The notes beneath the pieces are model-generated. The model worked only from the letters and a program-made list of their open reading frames with translations. It did no database searches and was not told where the DNA came from. A program made the translations under genes and the position numbers. This document shows, in pieces, positions 23,174-37,570 of a stretch of DNA of 64,000 bases (positions within the stretch are counted from its first letter, which is position 1; the number at the start of each line of letters is the position of its first letter). Origin of the DNA: Octopus sinensis (taxonomy: Eukaryota); contig NC_042998.1 of assembly GCF_006345805.1 (NCBI RefSeq), positions 34,100,001 through 34,164,000 of the forward strand, read 5' to 3'.

Positions 23174-23719
23174 TGTGTGTTTATACATCATGCACATAAT
23201 TGCTTCTACTCAGATATATTTATATCGAAATGAAGTATACACACTTGCATATACACATGGCGACATTTGAATTTACCTTTGCCAGAAAAACGACAATTTC
23301 ATTCATGAAATATATATTTCCTTCTTTTTTTTCCTTGTTAGTTAGGAATCTAAATACGCATATGCAGGCACACATGCACACAAAGCAAAAAGAAATAATC
23401 AAATTCGTCTCTTGGAAAATCAAACACCACAAGATGAAACTGTCATATTAAAAATCAATAATTTCGCTCTCTGTCTTTCACTCATTCTCTTTCTTTGCCT
23501 TTATCCATTCTTCTCCCTCCCTCTCTCTATCTCTCTCACTCTCTCTCTTCTATCATCTGTTTCTTCTCTCTCTCTCTCTCTCTCTCTCTCTTTTGCTGAA
23601 CTCTGCTCGCTATGTCATACTGCATTATGGATATAGCCATGAATGGGAAAGTTGGCTTCGATTTAGGTTACTTTATATGGAGAGGTCACATTTGCTCTCT
23701 GAGGATTGGTCTCCACTTG

Positions 23720-23861
23720 CTGTCTAGTAGTAGTAGTAGTAGTGGTGGTGGTGGTGGTGGTGGTGGTGGTATTAGTAGTAGTAGTGGTGGTAGTAGTAGT
23801 GGTAGTAGTAGTAGTAGTAGTAGTAGTAGCGGTAGTAGTAGTAGTAGTAGTAGTAGTAGCG

Positions 23862-23904
<43 letters not shown>

Positions 23905-23979
23905 GTAGTAGTGGTGGTGGTGGTAGTAGTATTAGTAGTAGTGGTAGTAATAGTAGTAGTGGTGGTAGTAGTAGTAGTG

Positions 23980-24014
<35 letters not shown>

Positions 24015-24130
24015 GGTGGTGTGGTGGTAGTAGTAGTAGGATGAGGAGGGGGTGATTGATGGTGGTGGTGGTGATGGTTTCTCATCTTGACACAAGGCCA
24101 GCAATATTGAGGTGGTGGTGGTGGTGGTGG
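23720..24130. repeat. (TAG)/(TGG) trinucleotide tract
   Basis: Direct reading. Confidence 0.95.
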
Positions 24131-25147
24131 AAAGAGCGTTAATCAATGCCTCCTTCTCGATAACCAGGCCTGCATTTTATTTTATTTCGCTGACCCCCTG
24201 AAAAAATGAAGGACAAAATAAATAAAGACAATGCCAGAAATTCAGGGACGAATTGTTTAGAGTTAAGTAAACCGAATCCCATTCTTAACAGATACTGATT
24301 TAAACAACCCTTGGTGGGATGAAGTGCTAAGTGATCCTTGCAGGGATTTGAACTCAGAACATAAAGAAATGAGACAAATACCACAAGTTATTTATCTGAC
24401 ATCCTGATGCTGCCATGAATCGATTGTTGTAATGTCACAACAAATAAAAATGACTGATAAGATGGCAATGGAGAATGGCTCATATTCATAAATATAGTTG
24501 AGGTTAGAGTTACTGAATGACCTCTGAAGATTAGCGTACATGTAACCTTATGGCAATATGATAGCGTTTATTATAATATTGAAATCGAATATTGGCAGAT
24601 AGACATTGTCTTGAAGGAGAAGGCAGTGTCGACTTACTTGGCTTGGTGTTTCACTGGTATTTGTCACCCAAGAACGATGAAAGTAAAATCACCGTTAGTA
24701 AGATTTGAACACAAAGATTAAATGGATGGCAATAATATTCATCATTATTTAGCATTCGTTTGCTATGCTGGTATGGGTTGGCATGGTTTTTTTTTTTTTT
24801 ACACCTGGATGCCCTTCCTAATGCCAACCACTTTACAAAGTGTACTGGGTACTTTTCAGATGACGTCAGCACTGACAGCGTCACCAAATAAACTGAAAAA
24901 TATTAGTGGAATAAGGGGAAAAGCTATGACAGAAGGGGTTAAAATTGTAGAATTAGTTTGTTGGGAGTTTAAGTTAAAAATAAAACAAAATTATTTCTTA
25001 CTTAAATACAAAACCAAAATGTTAGGGAAAGAAATAATTTTATCTATCCCAGTTTTTATCTAACTCACTTCCCTTTTTTTTTTCAACTAGGTACCCATGT
25101 ACTTACTCTACAGCAAGACACATATCTCTGTTCCTCTATACCTTTGA

Positions 25148-25368
25148 CCCTTTAGCATTCAAACTGGCCATATCTGGCCCAAATATTCTACCTCTTTTTT
25201 GTTCAGACTGACCAGATGCAGCCTCTCACATTTACCCTACAATGCCATTCTGAAACTAAAACATTTACATTATCAAAATTGTGAAGCTTTGAGATCATAC
25301 GTGATTAATTCAAAACAATGTGAATAAATATGGATTACATTTGACAGAATAATCTGAATGCTAAAGGG
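25148..25368. mobile_element. piggyBac-type MITE
   Basis: TIR CCCTTTAGCATTCA / TGAATGCTAAAGGG; TTAA on the right, ttga on the left. Confidence 0.8.
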
Positions 25369-25429
25369 TTAATCTCTCATAAACTGGCACTAAGTCATCA
25401 CTCCTACCTAATACTACTCCCTCCTCCCA

Positions 25430-25680
25430 GTTGAAGGGTTTTCATCTTGCAAGATACCCGGTGACCCTGTTGATGCTGGTCCCACATACAAAGCATCTAG
25501 CACACTCTGTAAAGTGGCTGGTGTTAGGAAGGGCACCAAGAAGGGCATCCAGCCATAGAAACCAGGACAAAACAGACAATTGGTGCCTGGTGCAGGTCAC
25601 TAGCTTGCCAGCTCCTATTGCACCATCCGACCAATGCTAGCAAGGAAAATCAGACATTAAATGACAATGATGATGATGAC
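25430..25680 (+). mobile_element. RTE LINE 3' UTR fragment (diverged)
   Basis: gtgttaggaagggca...aagggcatccagcc...(GAT)n. Confidence 0.7.
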
Positions 25681-26713
25681 AATGGTGATGATGATGATGA
25701 TGGTTGTGGTGGTGGTGGTGGTGGTGGTGACGACGACGACGATGACATTGATGATGGTGATATTTTATTGAAAGCAAATTTCACTTTGGTGGAATTAGAA
25801 TTCTGAAAATAATGAACTGGTGGAAATACCATTGATAACTTTAAAGAGTCTGCAGAATAATAAAACAAGAGCAATGGATGAAGGAACATTAAAAGGTAAA
25901 TTGCAAAAATGATGGTGGTTTATGTAAAACAGAAGGTGAAAAAAAAGAAATCCACCAACAGTATAAAAGGTAATGAAATGAAATATCCCAATAGGGAGAC
26001 GACCACTTAATATCAAAGATGGGATGTTACAGACCCTGGATTACCTTCACTGCCAAAGGCAAGTATCTTCTCCCAGACATGTTCTCTGACCTTTAGGCAC
26101 ATGTTAAGAGTAGGACCATCCACACAGGCCATTCTTCTTTCAATCTTACCTGTGATATAATCTCATTTGCCACATCCACCAGATGCAAGAAAACTGCCTG
26201 CCTTGGCAAGAGGTATGTTGCCGGATGATATTTATGATGAAAATGATGGGAGGGACACTCAGCTGATAGATATATTGTCATGGCAACAACTGTTCAGAAT
26301 AAATCCACAAATGTGCAATGCTTAGATGCTGAATGTGTTATGAATGGTTTAACAAGTCTTTACTTATTTCAGAAAATATTGGCAGATGGCAATTCAGTAC
26401 CGATAGAGTTTATCCCAATTGGAAATATCTTTCCCCTTATTAATAATAATGCTAGTAATGATAATGTTCATAATTATATCATTTGTGAAGCCAGTAGTAA
26501 TATAAGGAATAGGAGGTTCACTCAAAATGCAATACAAACCGAAATAGTACAAGTCGTGAAGTAAAAATGGTGGAACTGTCAGAAATGGTGATTGTTATGA
26601 TAACATGAAAGATGAAAGCCAACCATGGCGAAATTGAAACTGTAACCTAAAGAAACACAAATACTGCCAGACATTCTGTCTGGTTCTCTACTAATACTAC
26701 TTGTACTGTAGAG

Positions 26714-27199
26714 CAGTAGTTTCCAAAGTGGGCGGTGGAAAGATCCAAGGGGTCATTGAAGAAAAGTGGGGTACTGATGGGGGTAGTGATTCATGTAAAA
26801 ACAAACAAAATAACAGGTTCGTTAGGTTTAAGTTTTATTTGTGAAATACTGTTACTTTGAATTTGCTTCAGAAAGAGGTCTATGGTTGTGATGGTTAGTT
26901 GGCAGAAACATGAGCATACCGGGCAAAATGCTTAGCAGTATTTCGTCTGCCATTACTTTCTGAGTTCAAATTCCGCCGAGGTTGACATTGCCTTTCATCC
27001 TTTTGGGGTCGATAAATTAAGCACCAGTTATGCACTGGGGTTGATGTAATCGACTTAATCCCTTTGTCTGTCCTTGTTTGTCCACTCTATGTTTAGCCCC
27101 TTGTGGGTAATAAAGAAATAGGTTAGTTGGGATGGGGGCGCTAGGAATGTGGCCTTGCTGTCAAGGAGGCGGCAGCCTGAAAAAGTTTGGGAACCACTG
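26714..27199. mobile_element. Non-autonomous hAT (Charlie-like) element
   Basis: TIR CAGTAGTTTCCAAA / TTTGGGAACCACTG; 8-bp TSD ctgtagag / ctgtagac. Confidence 0.85.
26903..27120 (+). mobile_element. SINE family C nested in the hAT element
   Basis: 10-bp TSD ggttagttgg (26893-26902 / 27121-27130). Confidence 0.9.
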
Positions 27200-27810
27200 C
27201 TGTAGACCAAGAACTTCTAGAAAATGTCCATGGCGTTGAATATAAAAGACTTCTAAAAATAGATTGTTCAGTTAATCCTCATCAAAGTGTAGAAACTCTA
27301 AGTATGTTGCTGTTTCTAGCAATCACCAATCCTCTGTAGAATGCAAAAATAGCTGACACACCATCAGCCATATGGCCCCAAAGTCAGAGAATTGCAGATC
27401 TAGAAACATACACAAAATTCCCTTTTATTATATCTGAATTGGATATGAAAATGTGAGGTCTTTGTGTCTGTTGTTAATATTTTGTATTGTAGTTGCAACA
27501 GTATTATTATTTTTTTTCTTTTCTGTGTGTGAAATGGATTTTTTTGTGGTTTTGGTGTACAATATTCTTAATGATTTTTTAATGTACAAGACACGAGAGA
27601 AAAAATATAATGTGTCCAAATATTTAAAACATAAATTTGTTGTTTTTTTCTTTTTTAAACTTCTGTAAGAGTCCAAACTTTAAGAAGTTATCAGTTATGA
27701 GTATCTTGGCATAAAAACTGTTTTTAACTAGTAAAATCTTTGTTTTGAAGAGTGAGTTGTAAACAATGTCTTCATTGCATGGAATAATAATAATAATAAT
27801 AATAATAGAT

Positions 27811-28381
27811 GCAGTACCAGGCAGTGGCTCTCATGGCTTCTGATCTTAACTGATTGGAAGTGTTATCATGTACATTGTTTTGTCTTGGTATAAAAGATGG
27901 GCTACAGCAAATATTCTGCTCAATACCACAGATTTGCTTGTCAGTTGTTTGACCTTAACCAGTTGAGCATGTCCCTTAGTGGCTGACGATATGTGCATCT
28001 CTGATCACGAGCAGAAGTAGTGGGGGAGCATCATAGCCATGTGTTGAGAGGGATTCTTTGGGGCTTGAATAATTCACCTCTGGAAACATGGGTGGTTCTT
28101 CCAACATCCTTAAACAACCCTTATTCAGGGACCTTTTGAGCGGGATGGGCTACTCAACCTGAAGAGAATTCTAACTGGGCCCCACCTGCAAGGTCATGTG
28201 CTATTTATCTTGATATGAGATCACCATGTCGCGCACATATGGTTGTGATGCATGTGCCTGGTGTACCTTTATCAGACGGGTAGTCATGATGGGTATATTG
28301 GGCTTCGTATATTTTACCCCAGTGTCACTTTGATGGCATGCACTGCTCTCTCACTCAATAATAATAATAATAATAATAATA
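27811..28381 (+). mobile_element. ~550-bp element F within (AAT)n, class unknown
   Basis: High similarity to 28739-29315, same start gcagtaccaggcag, (AAT)n on both sides; orientation uncertain. Confidence 0.7.
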
Positions 28382-28438
28382 AGGAGAGCTAAGATTCTGC
28401 TAATAATATAATAATAATAAGGAGAGCTAAGATTCTGC

Positions 28439-28449
<11 letters not shown>

Positions 28450-28471
<22 letters not shown>

Positions 28472-28695
28472 TTTCAAATTTTTGCCACAAGGGAAGCTTG
28501 GGGGAAGGGGATTAAGTCTATTACATTGACCCCAGTGCATAAGTGGTACTTATTTAATCGACCCCCAAAAGGATGAAAGGCAAAGTCAACCTTGGCAAAA
28601 TTTGAATTCAGAACGTAGTGAAAGGCAAAATACCATTAAGCATTCTGCTAAGCATTTCATCCAGTATGCTAATGATTCTGCCAGCTTGCCACCTT
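28450..28695 (-). mobile_element. SINE family C (tail type 3)
   Basis: C head and core with tail ...cttgtggcaaaaatttgaaatc(ATT)n. Confidence 0.75.
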
Positions 28696-28738
28696 AATAA
28701 TAATAACAACAACAACAACAGCAATAATAATAATACTA

Positions 28739-29284
28739 GCAGTACCAGGCAGCAGCTTTCATGTCTTTTGATCTTAACTGATTGGAAGTATTATCATCAA
28801 TACATTGTTTTGTCTTGGTATAAAATATGGGCCACAGCAAATATTCTGCTCAATACCACAGATTTGCTTCTCAGTGTTTGACCATAACCAGTTGAGCATG
28901 TCCCTTAGTGGCTGATGATATGTGCATCTCTGACCACGAGCAGAAGTAGTGAGGGAGCATCATAGCCATGTGTTGAGAGGGATTCTTTGGGGTTTGGATA
29001 ATTCACCTCTGGAAACATGGGTGTTTCGTTCAACATCCTTAAACAATCCTTATTCAGGGACCTTTTGAGCAGGATGGGTTATCGACCAGAAGAAAATTCT
29101 AACTGGGCCCCACCTGCAAGGTCATGTGCTGTTTATCTTGATATGAGATCACCATGTCGTGCACATATAGTTGTGATGCATGTGCTTGGTGTACCCTTAT
29201 CAGACAGATAGTCATGATGGGTATACTGGGCTTTGTATATTTTACCCCAATTTCACTTTGATGGCATGCACTGCCCTCCCACTC

Positions 29285-29315
<31 letters not shown>
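28739..29315 (+). mobile_element. Element F, second copy
   Basis: See 27811-28381. Confidence 0.7.
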
Positions 29316-29316
<1 letters not shown>

Positions 29317-30774
29317 TACCCAAATCTTTAATTCAATATTGAGCAGAGTTATGAATTTGAAGTTTTCTGCTATGTCCACTTTGTTCAGATCCTTCCTCAT
29401 CAGTGTCACTCACCACTCACTGGATCACCTGACAAGGAATGCCATCAGTCAGCTGCCAGCTGCAGTGAACAAGTTTGGCAAGTGGAGATATAACTTATAA
29501 GACTGACCAAGTGACAGTCATGCTAAGTCCTTCACAGCAGTTCAGTACATCTCTCATTTTATCAGCTGAAATTAGCTTTATGCAGCACTCAGTCTCCTTG
29601 CTTAAAGCATTATGGCAAGCCATTAACACATAAAGTGCAATGGTCCATGATCATTGCCATCAGGCACATTTCAGCAGGCCACGATCGTGACCCATATGGA
29701 TGCATTTAATATATGGGCGTTTGTTGGGGTCTAATGTCACTCAAACACTCCGATACCCACCAGAATGCAAGAGGACTAAATAGTTCAACTAATGACTTTT
29801 CAGATGATGTAAAACTTGCCACCATTATATACTAACAAGATATTTTAACTATTTTTTTGCTTTTTATGTGTGTATGGTAGTTTCATTTTCATAAAATGTG
29901 CTCAGCAGGCCATGCTATGTAAGTGCAAATCCCAGCGCTTTAGGGGTTAAAGTAGACAAAGTCTACTTTCTCTAGCCTGACATTCATCAAGAGCTGTTTG
30001 GTAGAGTGCTCATCTATTTGGAAATGGAAAGCACACACTTTCTGTAATCCACCTTTGACTGAAGTTTAGTTATGTTGCCACATTGTACCACCACTACATA
30101 AACCTAATGGAGTTCTTTAATGCCTTCGTGTTTCAGTACATCACTCTGACAAATCTCACATAATGCTTCATGTCAAAGAAATGACTGAGCCATTTTCACA
30201 TCTATTACATAGTTTGTAATGTCCCTTCTATATGCTTCTTCTAGTTTACTTGTTGCTTTTCTATTCTATAGTTCTTACTTCTTCCCTCAATCTAAAGAAT
30301 ACTTCAGTAATTTTTTTCTTTAGTGAAACCCATCACTTGTTGATAATGGAATTGTCAATTACCATTTAATGAATTTGCTAATTCAGTCCCTGAAATCTTT
30401 TTGCATTCATCATAAAATAAATGGATATATATCTATTCCACTTTTCTAAGTTGACTGAAAAGATAAATTTGAAGTCTATGTAGCAAAGTATCCGAAACTG
30501 CAACCATCTTATACTAAGCCTTTCTGGTAGCTTGGTAAAAACTAAGTATAGCATGGCTAACTCACTTCAGATTGACCAAGCCAACATTACCTCCTGGGTA
30601 AAAGTGAGGTACAAAACCTGTCAGAGAGTTGACAGTCTCTGAGAAGAATTGCAAAGCTTTTGTACTCCACTTCTTCTACTGAAAACTCCAACATATCTCT
30701 ACAAGCATCCAAGATCACATTTGAATTGCCCAGTAACACTAAAGAGTGTGAGGTTCCCAGGAACATCTTTAGAT

Positions 30775-31280
30775 TATCATCATCATCATCAACATCTGAT
30801 CTGACAATGTTTCTACAGCTGGATGCCCTTCCTAATGCCAACCACTCTGAGAGTGTAGTGGGTGCTTTTTATGTGCCGCCAGCATAGCAGCCAGTCAGGT
30901 AGGCCTGGCATTGATCATGTTTGGATGGTGCTTTTATGTGCCACAGGCGCAAAAGCCAGTCAGTGGGTACTGGCATCAGCCACAATCGGTTGGTGCTTTT
31001 TATGTGCCACCGGCACAGGAGCCAGTCAGGCGTACCTAGCATCAACTGCATTCGGATGGTGCTTTTTACGTGCCACCCAGGGGGCACTGGCCACAGCTAC
31101 GATATTGGTTTTACTTGACTCAACAGGTCTTCTCAAGCATATCATATCACATGATACATCAGGGGTATTTTTAACAGGGCTGGACATGCATAGCTGCAAT
31201 CTCACTTTAGTTGCTGGGTCTTCTCAATCACAGCATATCTCCAAAGGTCCCGGTCTCCTGTCATTGCCTCTGTGAGGCCC
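30775..31280 (-). mobile_element. RTE LINE 3' end including the last ORF codons
   Basis: 3' UTR units plus gggtcttctc...atctccaaaggtcccggtctcctgtcattgcctc matching the ORF end of the 62063 copy. Confidence 0.8.
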
Positions 31281-32419
31281 AATAGATATTTATAAAAATC
31301 CAGCTAGCCTTTCTATCAGGGTGCAAATAGCCACCAGTCTGAAGGTTCTGCAATCACTTTCATTGCTGCTTATATCCAAAACCACTCATTTAATGACCAT
31401 GCCTAAGAAGACAATACTTTTGAGTCTAGGTCTTACCAAAAATGTACTATCACCTCTTGAATATGACATGAATTGACTATTAGAAAACTTTTGACAGTGT
31501 TCCCCCACACAAACTCTGGAAACATTAGTATTAAGTAAAGTAGCATTAATAGTTAACAGGTGTAACAAACACATCAAGAATAAATGATAAACATTTCTGT
31601 AATGCAAATAGGAAATTATGAAAACAAATCTCTTTTCTATACAAAGAATATTTCATGAATTCTCTTTCTCTCCATTCTTGTTCAATACCAGACTATATAT
31701 TATACAATCGACCCCTTTTGTATGGGACAACAATCAACCCTGTTTTGTATATTGATTATTTCAAGTTGTGTACTGTAAACTGATAAATAACTAGTTAGAC
31801 ATTTTCGGTTTTGAGGAAATTTGAATTAGAAAAATTTATCAAAGCAACATTGATGGGAGGAAAATTAATTAAAAACATTAACATCATATTTGATAAAGAA
31901 AGAGAGAGAAGGGAATAAGATCAAAGATTTACCTGTAAATACTTCAAAAAAGTATAAAACGGAATTTTATAGACACACTGGATTAATACTAAAAGCAGAG
32001 CTAAATGAAAAAAAAAATATGTTAATAGATTATAGGTAATAAATACTACAGCAGTCCTATTCATAAGTTACAGTTATAATATTTTCAAGAGAATGCTTAG
32101 TGAATTAGCAACACTAGACAGGAAAACATAATGTAGGATGTCTACGGTTATTTTATCTGAAAATTGACTCAGAAAAATTATTTTTATTACAAATAAAGGG
32201 AGGTGAAGTCTTCTGCAACTGTAACACATTATTAAATAAATATCTAATGTAAGACTAAATATAATAAAAATAAAAAAAAACAAAAAGATAAATTAAGACA
32301 ATGAGCACTTAATATATATAAACGAAACAAAATGTTTCCCATTTGAAGGAAGTCAACGAATATAAAACAGAAGAAGCTCAGGCGATTGTGAGGAGAAAGG
32401 ATAAACAAGGTAAAAAAAC

Positions 32420-32765
<346 letters not shown>

Positions 32766-33157
32766 ATTTAATGTGCTTTCCTTGCTGGTATGAATTGGGA
32801 TGGTTTTAATAGGAGCTAGCAAGCTGGAAGGTTGCACCAGGATCCAGTCATCTGTTGTGGGCTTGCTTTCTACAGTTAGATGTCCTTCCTAATGCCAACC
32901 ACTTCACAGAGTGGCCCACTGGGTGCTTTTTATTGTGGTGCCAGCACAGGTGCTCCCTATTTTACATGGCAACAGTATTGATGCTTTTCACATGGCATCA
33001 ACACACTGGTACCTTTTTACATGGCACCAACATGAGTACTTTTTTTTACGTGATACCAGAATGGGTAGTTTCTACATGGCACCAGCCAACTAAATGATAG
33101 AAAGAAAAGCCCTTTGAAGCCCCCAATATCAAAGAATACAGAACATAAAATAAATAG

Positions 33158-33925
33158 GCACAGGCATGGCTGTGTGGTAAGAAGCTTGCTTCCCAACAAC
33201 ATGATTCTAGGTTCAGTCCCACTGCATGGCACCTTGGGCAAGCATCTTCTACTATAACCTTGGGCCAACCAAAGCCTTGTGAGTGGATTTGGTAGATGGA
33301 AATTGAAAGAACCCCATCAGGAGGAGACCCCATTCGGTCATGGATGACCATGGGATTGCACCTATGAAAGTTACCCTCCAAGGCAAGAGTCCTGGCAAGG
33401 TTGTTTATGGAAGACCAGCAGTCACCGATGCATACCAGCCTCCCCTCTCCACACCACTGATGTCATCCAAGGGAAAGGCAAAGAGGCTGATACGGCTTGG
33501 CACCAGTGATGGTGCAACTCATTTCTGCAGCTGAGTGAACTGGAGCAACATGAAATAAAGTGTCTTGCTCAAGAACACAACACGCAGCCTGGTCCGGGAA
33601 TCGAACTCACGACCTCGCGATCGTAAGCTCAGTGCTCTAACCATTGATCCATGTGACTTGCGCGTGTGTATATATATGTGTAGATATGTATATATTTAAG
33701 TGTGTGTCTTTGTGTCTGTTTCTCCTCCCCACCATCACCTGACGACTGATGTTGGTATGCTTACTTCCTCATAACTTTACGGTTTGGCAAAAGGGACCGA
33801 TAGAATAAGTACCAGGATTACAAATAATAAGTCTTGGGGTCGATTTCTTCAACACAGAAGGCGATGCTCCAGCATGGCCGCAGTCAAACGACTGAAACAA
33901 GTAAATGAAAAAAGAAAAAGAAAAA
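33158..33925 (+). mobile_element. SINE family A interrupted by a family D SINE
   Basis: Head 33158-33315, tail about 33700-33925. Confidence 0.8.
33320..33660 (-). mobile_element. SINE family D (alternative tail)
   Basis: Minus strand tRNA head ...atggatcaatggttagagcactgagc...gagttcgattccc, then ttcttgagcaagacactttatttc; tail differs from the 20830 copy. Confidence 0.75.
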
Positions 33926-34049
33926 TTTTGGTTCCAGTTGAGACAAACATGGCTGAAAGCTGAGACTGAAGGATTTCTGATTGCATCACAGGACTCAATG
34001 CCATTCTGAAGAATACAGAAAGTAAAGAATACGGAAAGGCAATGTTTTA

Positions 34050-34550
34050 TCTTTTACTTGTTTACGTCATTTGATTGTGGCCATGTTGGGGCACTGCAAT
34101 GGAGAATTTTTAGTTGAATAAATTGACTTCAGTACCTCTTTTTATTTTCTTTTCATATATTTTTACAATCCTGGTCTCTTTTGCCGAACCACTAAGTTAT
34201 GGAGAGGCAAATACATGAAGACCAGTGGTCAAGCGATGGTGGGAAACACACACAGACATAAGGACACACAAATACATAATACCACACACATACGCACCAC
34301 ACACCACACATATATGCCAAACAAATACGCACGTACACATACCACACATACACATGCTACACACATACACGCGCGCACACACACACACGCACGAACACTT
34401 ATACGACGTCTTCTTTCAGTTTCCGTTCACCAAATCCACTCACAAGGCTTCATTCGGCCCGAGACTATAACAGAAGACACTTGCTTAAGGTGGCACCCAG
34501 TAGGACTGAACCCAGAACCATGTGGTTGGGAAGTAAACCACACAGCCATA
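34050..34550 (-). mobile_element. SINE family A with expanded internal microsatellite
   Basis: Tail 34050-34240, (CA) tract, head 34405-34550. Confidence 0.8.
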
Positions 34551-35542
34551 TACACACGCATGCACACTCGTACATTGCTTTAAAATGTTACTTAAACAAC
34601 AATTTCATGAGGGAATGTTATTAGAGTGACCTCCCTTATTTGAAGTCTTACAAGAACTAGAAATGAAATGAACCTTGCTCACATAAGCAGGGTTATTGGA
34701 GTTGCTCGTTTTGTATGCGTTGCCTGCAAGGTATTTTTAAAGAGAACGTTAAAGTATTTTCTCCGTAACTTTCATACAATTTTAAAGTTTAATTTTAAAG
34801 TTAGTGTTTAATCCTGTCTATATTTAGATTCAAGGAAGGTGGTTATTAAGCGTTCACTTTTATTATACTATGGAAGACTGTAAGGGAATAAAATGTATGA
34901 ATTAAATGTTTGGTCACTGTTTAGTTACATATTTAAGAGTTGGTTATTGATCTACTTATTGAATTTATTCACCAATACTGTTATACATAGCGTAAATGTG
35001 TTTGAATGTTGTGTTTTGTTTTGTTTTTGGTTTGTTTGTTTCCTAACAACACTTATTTAAGTGCTGTTGTCACTGCCAGATTGAATGGTACTGCTCAGGT
35101 GTCGAAACCATAATGATATCTGTGGGGCAGCTGATGATGGAAGCATGTTGGATTGTTGGTATGGCTGTTTTTTCATATGTGGAAGAGAGTTATAACACAT
35201 CCTTTTGATATAATATATCAAAATATTCAAGGAATAGATATACAGACAGAAAACATGCTTGAATTACCAACTGAATGATCAAAAACATGTAACTTGGAGT
35301 ACTGAAATTACGAGCCTTTCAGCTGCGATGCATTAAAAAATACTTTGTACTCATGTTTTGAGTTCTGTCATTTATTGCTTCATGGTGAATCAACAGAGAT
35401 ATGTGGTAAGAAGCTTGCTTCACAGCCATATGGTTCTGGGTTCAGTCCTACTGCATGGTATCATGGACAAGTATCTTCAATTATAGCTCTGGGCCGATTA
35501 AATCCTTGTAAGAAGCCTATCTTGTATATATGTTTATATCTA

Positions 35543-36040
35543 CCATAAATCCTCGAGTATAGTTTACCCTTGAGTATAATACGCAGGGGATTTTTAGGGG
35601 GTTGTACCTTTGAAAAACTTAAACCTTGTGTATAATACGCACCCCTTCTCTAACTTGAGTTGTGCGTAATTAAGCTAGCAGCACCTAGTCAAACAAACAC
35701 TTCCTAGCATGCGTAATACAATAATGGTGATGTTCTTAACTGTTATATGGGAATGTAAATGTTTTAAAATTGTTTTTGTTACATGTTATTCTGTGTTCTG
35801 AATACTTTTATTTTAATAAATGTTGCTTACTGCAAGTTATGGATGATTCTTTTATGACTTCATTGCTTTCAGGCTTAGCTTAAGGAATTTTCACGCCCGA
35901 CATCACAAAATGCGTCTGAATAAACATTGCCGGACAGCAAATAGTGACTTGGACATTGCTTAGAAAATATTTTTCTAACTAGGGATTTTGACCTTTAAAT
36001 TTTTGGGAAAAGAATGCGGATTATACTCGAGGATTTACGG
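35543..36040. mobile_element. Tc1/mariner-superfamily MITE (TA TSD) nested in an A SINE
   Basis: TIR ta|CCATAAATCCTCGAGTATA ... TATACTCGAGGATTTACGG|ta. Confidence 0.85.
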
Positions 36041-36739
36041 TATGTGTTTGTCTCTCTTTGTGTTTCTTCCCACCACTGCTTGATAACCAGTGCTGATTTC
36101 TTTTATTGAACACTCAAGCTCGACACAGAGGGGGACAAAACAAGGACAGACATCACAGCACAGTAGGGATATAAAACATAGAACAAATGAATGAAAAATG
36201 AATTATAATAATGAAAATGAAATGGCTTTCCTGCTCCCCACTCGCAGGCAGTGTCATTTAAATGTTTTTGATTAACGTTTGTACATCAGTTCCTTTTTCT
36301 TTTCTTTTTTCATCTTTTTTTTTAAAACGTCACTAACAATTTAAAAGATTTTACTTACTTTTTTTTTCTTTTTATCATGCTAAGGATAGCATCAAATCTT
36401 GGAAGTCCACCACTGGTGGCAATTCGTCAAATTGAATTCGTAATCCATTATCTCTATCTTGTTTCCAAATACATCTCTTAGTTTTTCACCTCTCATGCCA
36501 TTGAGCAGGATTGCTTTGGTGTTTTCTGACTATTCGTTCAACGCTAATCTCACCCTAATTGCTGTTTTCATTTTTGTGATTTTCTTTTCAATTTCTACAC
36601 TTTTCGTATAGGTTATCATGTTCCAAATATGTTTTGGTTCTTTTTCCTGTAGTCCTTCTTGCTTTCCCATGTTGGTTTCCTTTGATATTGTTGGTATTGG
36701 AACTTCTTTAAGTATACATCAGAAAATGTCTGAGAGAAT

Positions 36740-37260
36740 GACAGGAGGAAAAGCAAAGTTGACCTTGCTGGAGTCTGAATTCAGAAAGTAAAGAGAGATG
36801 AAATACAGCTAGGCATTTCACCCGGCATGCTAACGTTTCTGCCAGCTTACTGCCTTGGCACACATAAATATTCTGTTCTACTCTAGGAACAAGGCCCGAA
36901 ATTTTTGGAGAGGGGACCAGTTGATTAGATCAACTCCAGTATGCAACTGGTACTTAATTTATCGACTCTGAAAGGATGAAAGGCAAAGTCGACCTCAGCA
37001 GAATTTGAACTCAGAACGTAAAGACAGACGAAATACAGCTAAGCAATTTGCCCAGCATGCTAACGTTTCTGCCAGCTTGGTGCCTTATATTGACCATATA
37101 TTGGTTTCAAATTTCAGCACAAGGCCAGCAGTTTTGGGGGAATGGGTACGTAGGTTACATCAACCTTAGTTCACAACTGGTATTTATTTTGCCAACCCCA
37201 AAAGGATGAAAGTCAAAGTCAACCTCGGCAACGCTTGAACTCAAAACATAAATACAGATG
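36740..37260 (-). mobile_element. Cluster of three family C SINEs (tail types 2 and 3)
   Basis: Repeated gaaaggatgaaaggcaaagtcgacctc...gaactcagaac cores. Confidence 0.8.
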
Positions 37261-37289
37261 AATATTGGCCGTATTTTGTTGTCATGGAT

Positions 37290-37570
37290 AATCAAGAAAG
37301 AAAGTAACTTCTAGGCGAAATATTACTCCCAAGAGATATCAATGTAACGCTTAAAGAAATGGAGAAATTTTTAAATGCAAAGATCTGGAATTAGAGATAA
37401 TCAGAATGCGGACTCTGAAAATAGAAACAATCTCTATAATAATAGGTGCCTTGGGAATGATAAAAAAACATGTACACATACTTTTAATGAAAACCACAAG
37501 AATTATACACAACGCACAGGGAAAAATAGCACTCCTAGGCACTGCATAGGTATTGTATACAGCAGTACTT
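37290..37570 (+). mobile_element. R4/Dong-like non-LTR retrotransposon, RLE C-terminus
   Basis: KCKDLELEIIRMRTLKIETISIIIGALGMIKKH...KIALLGTA. Confidence 0.75.
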
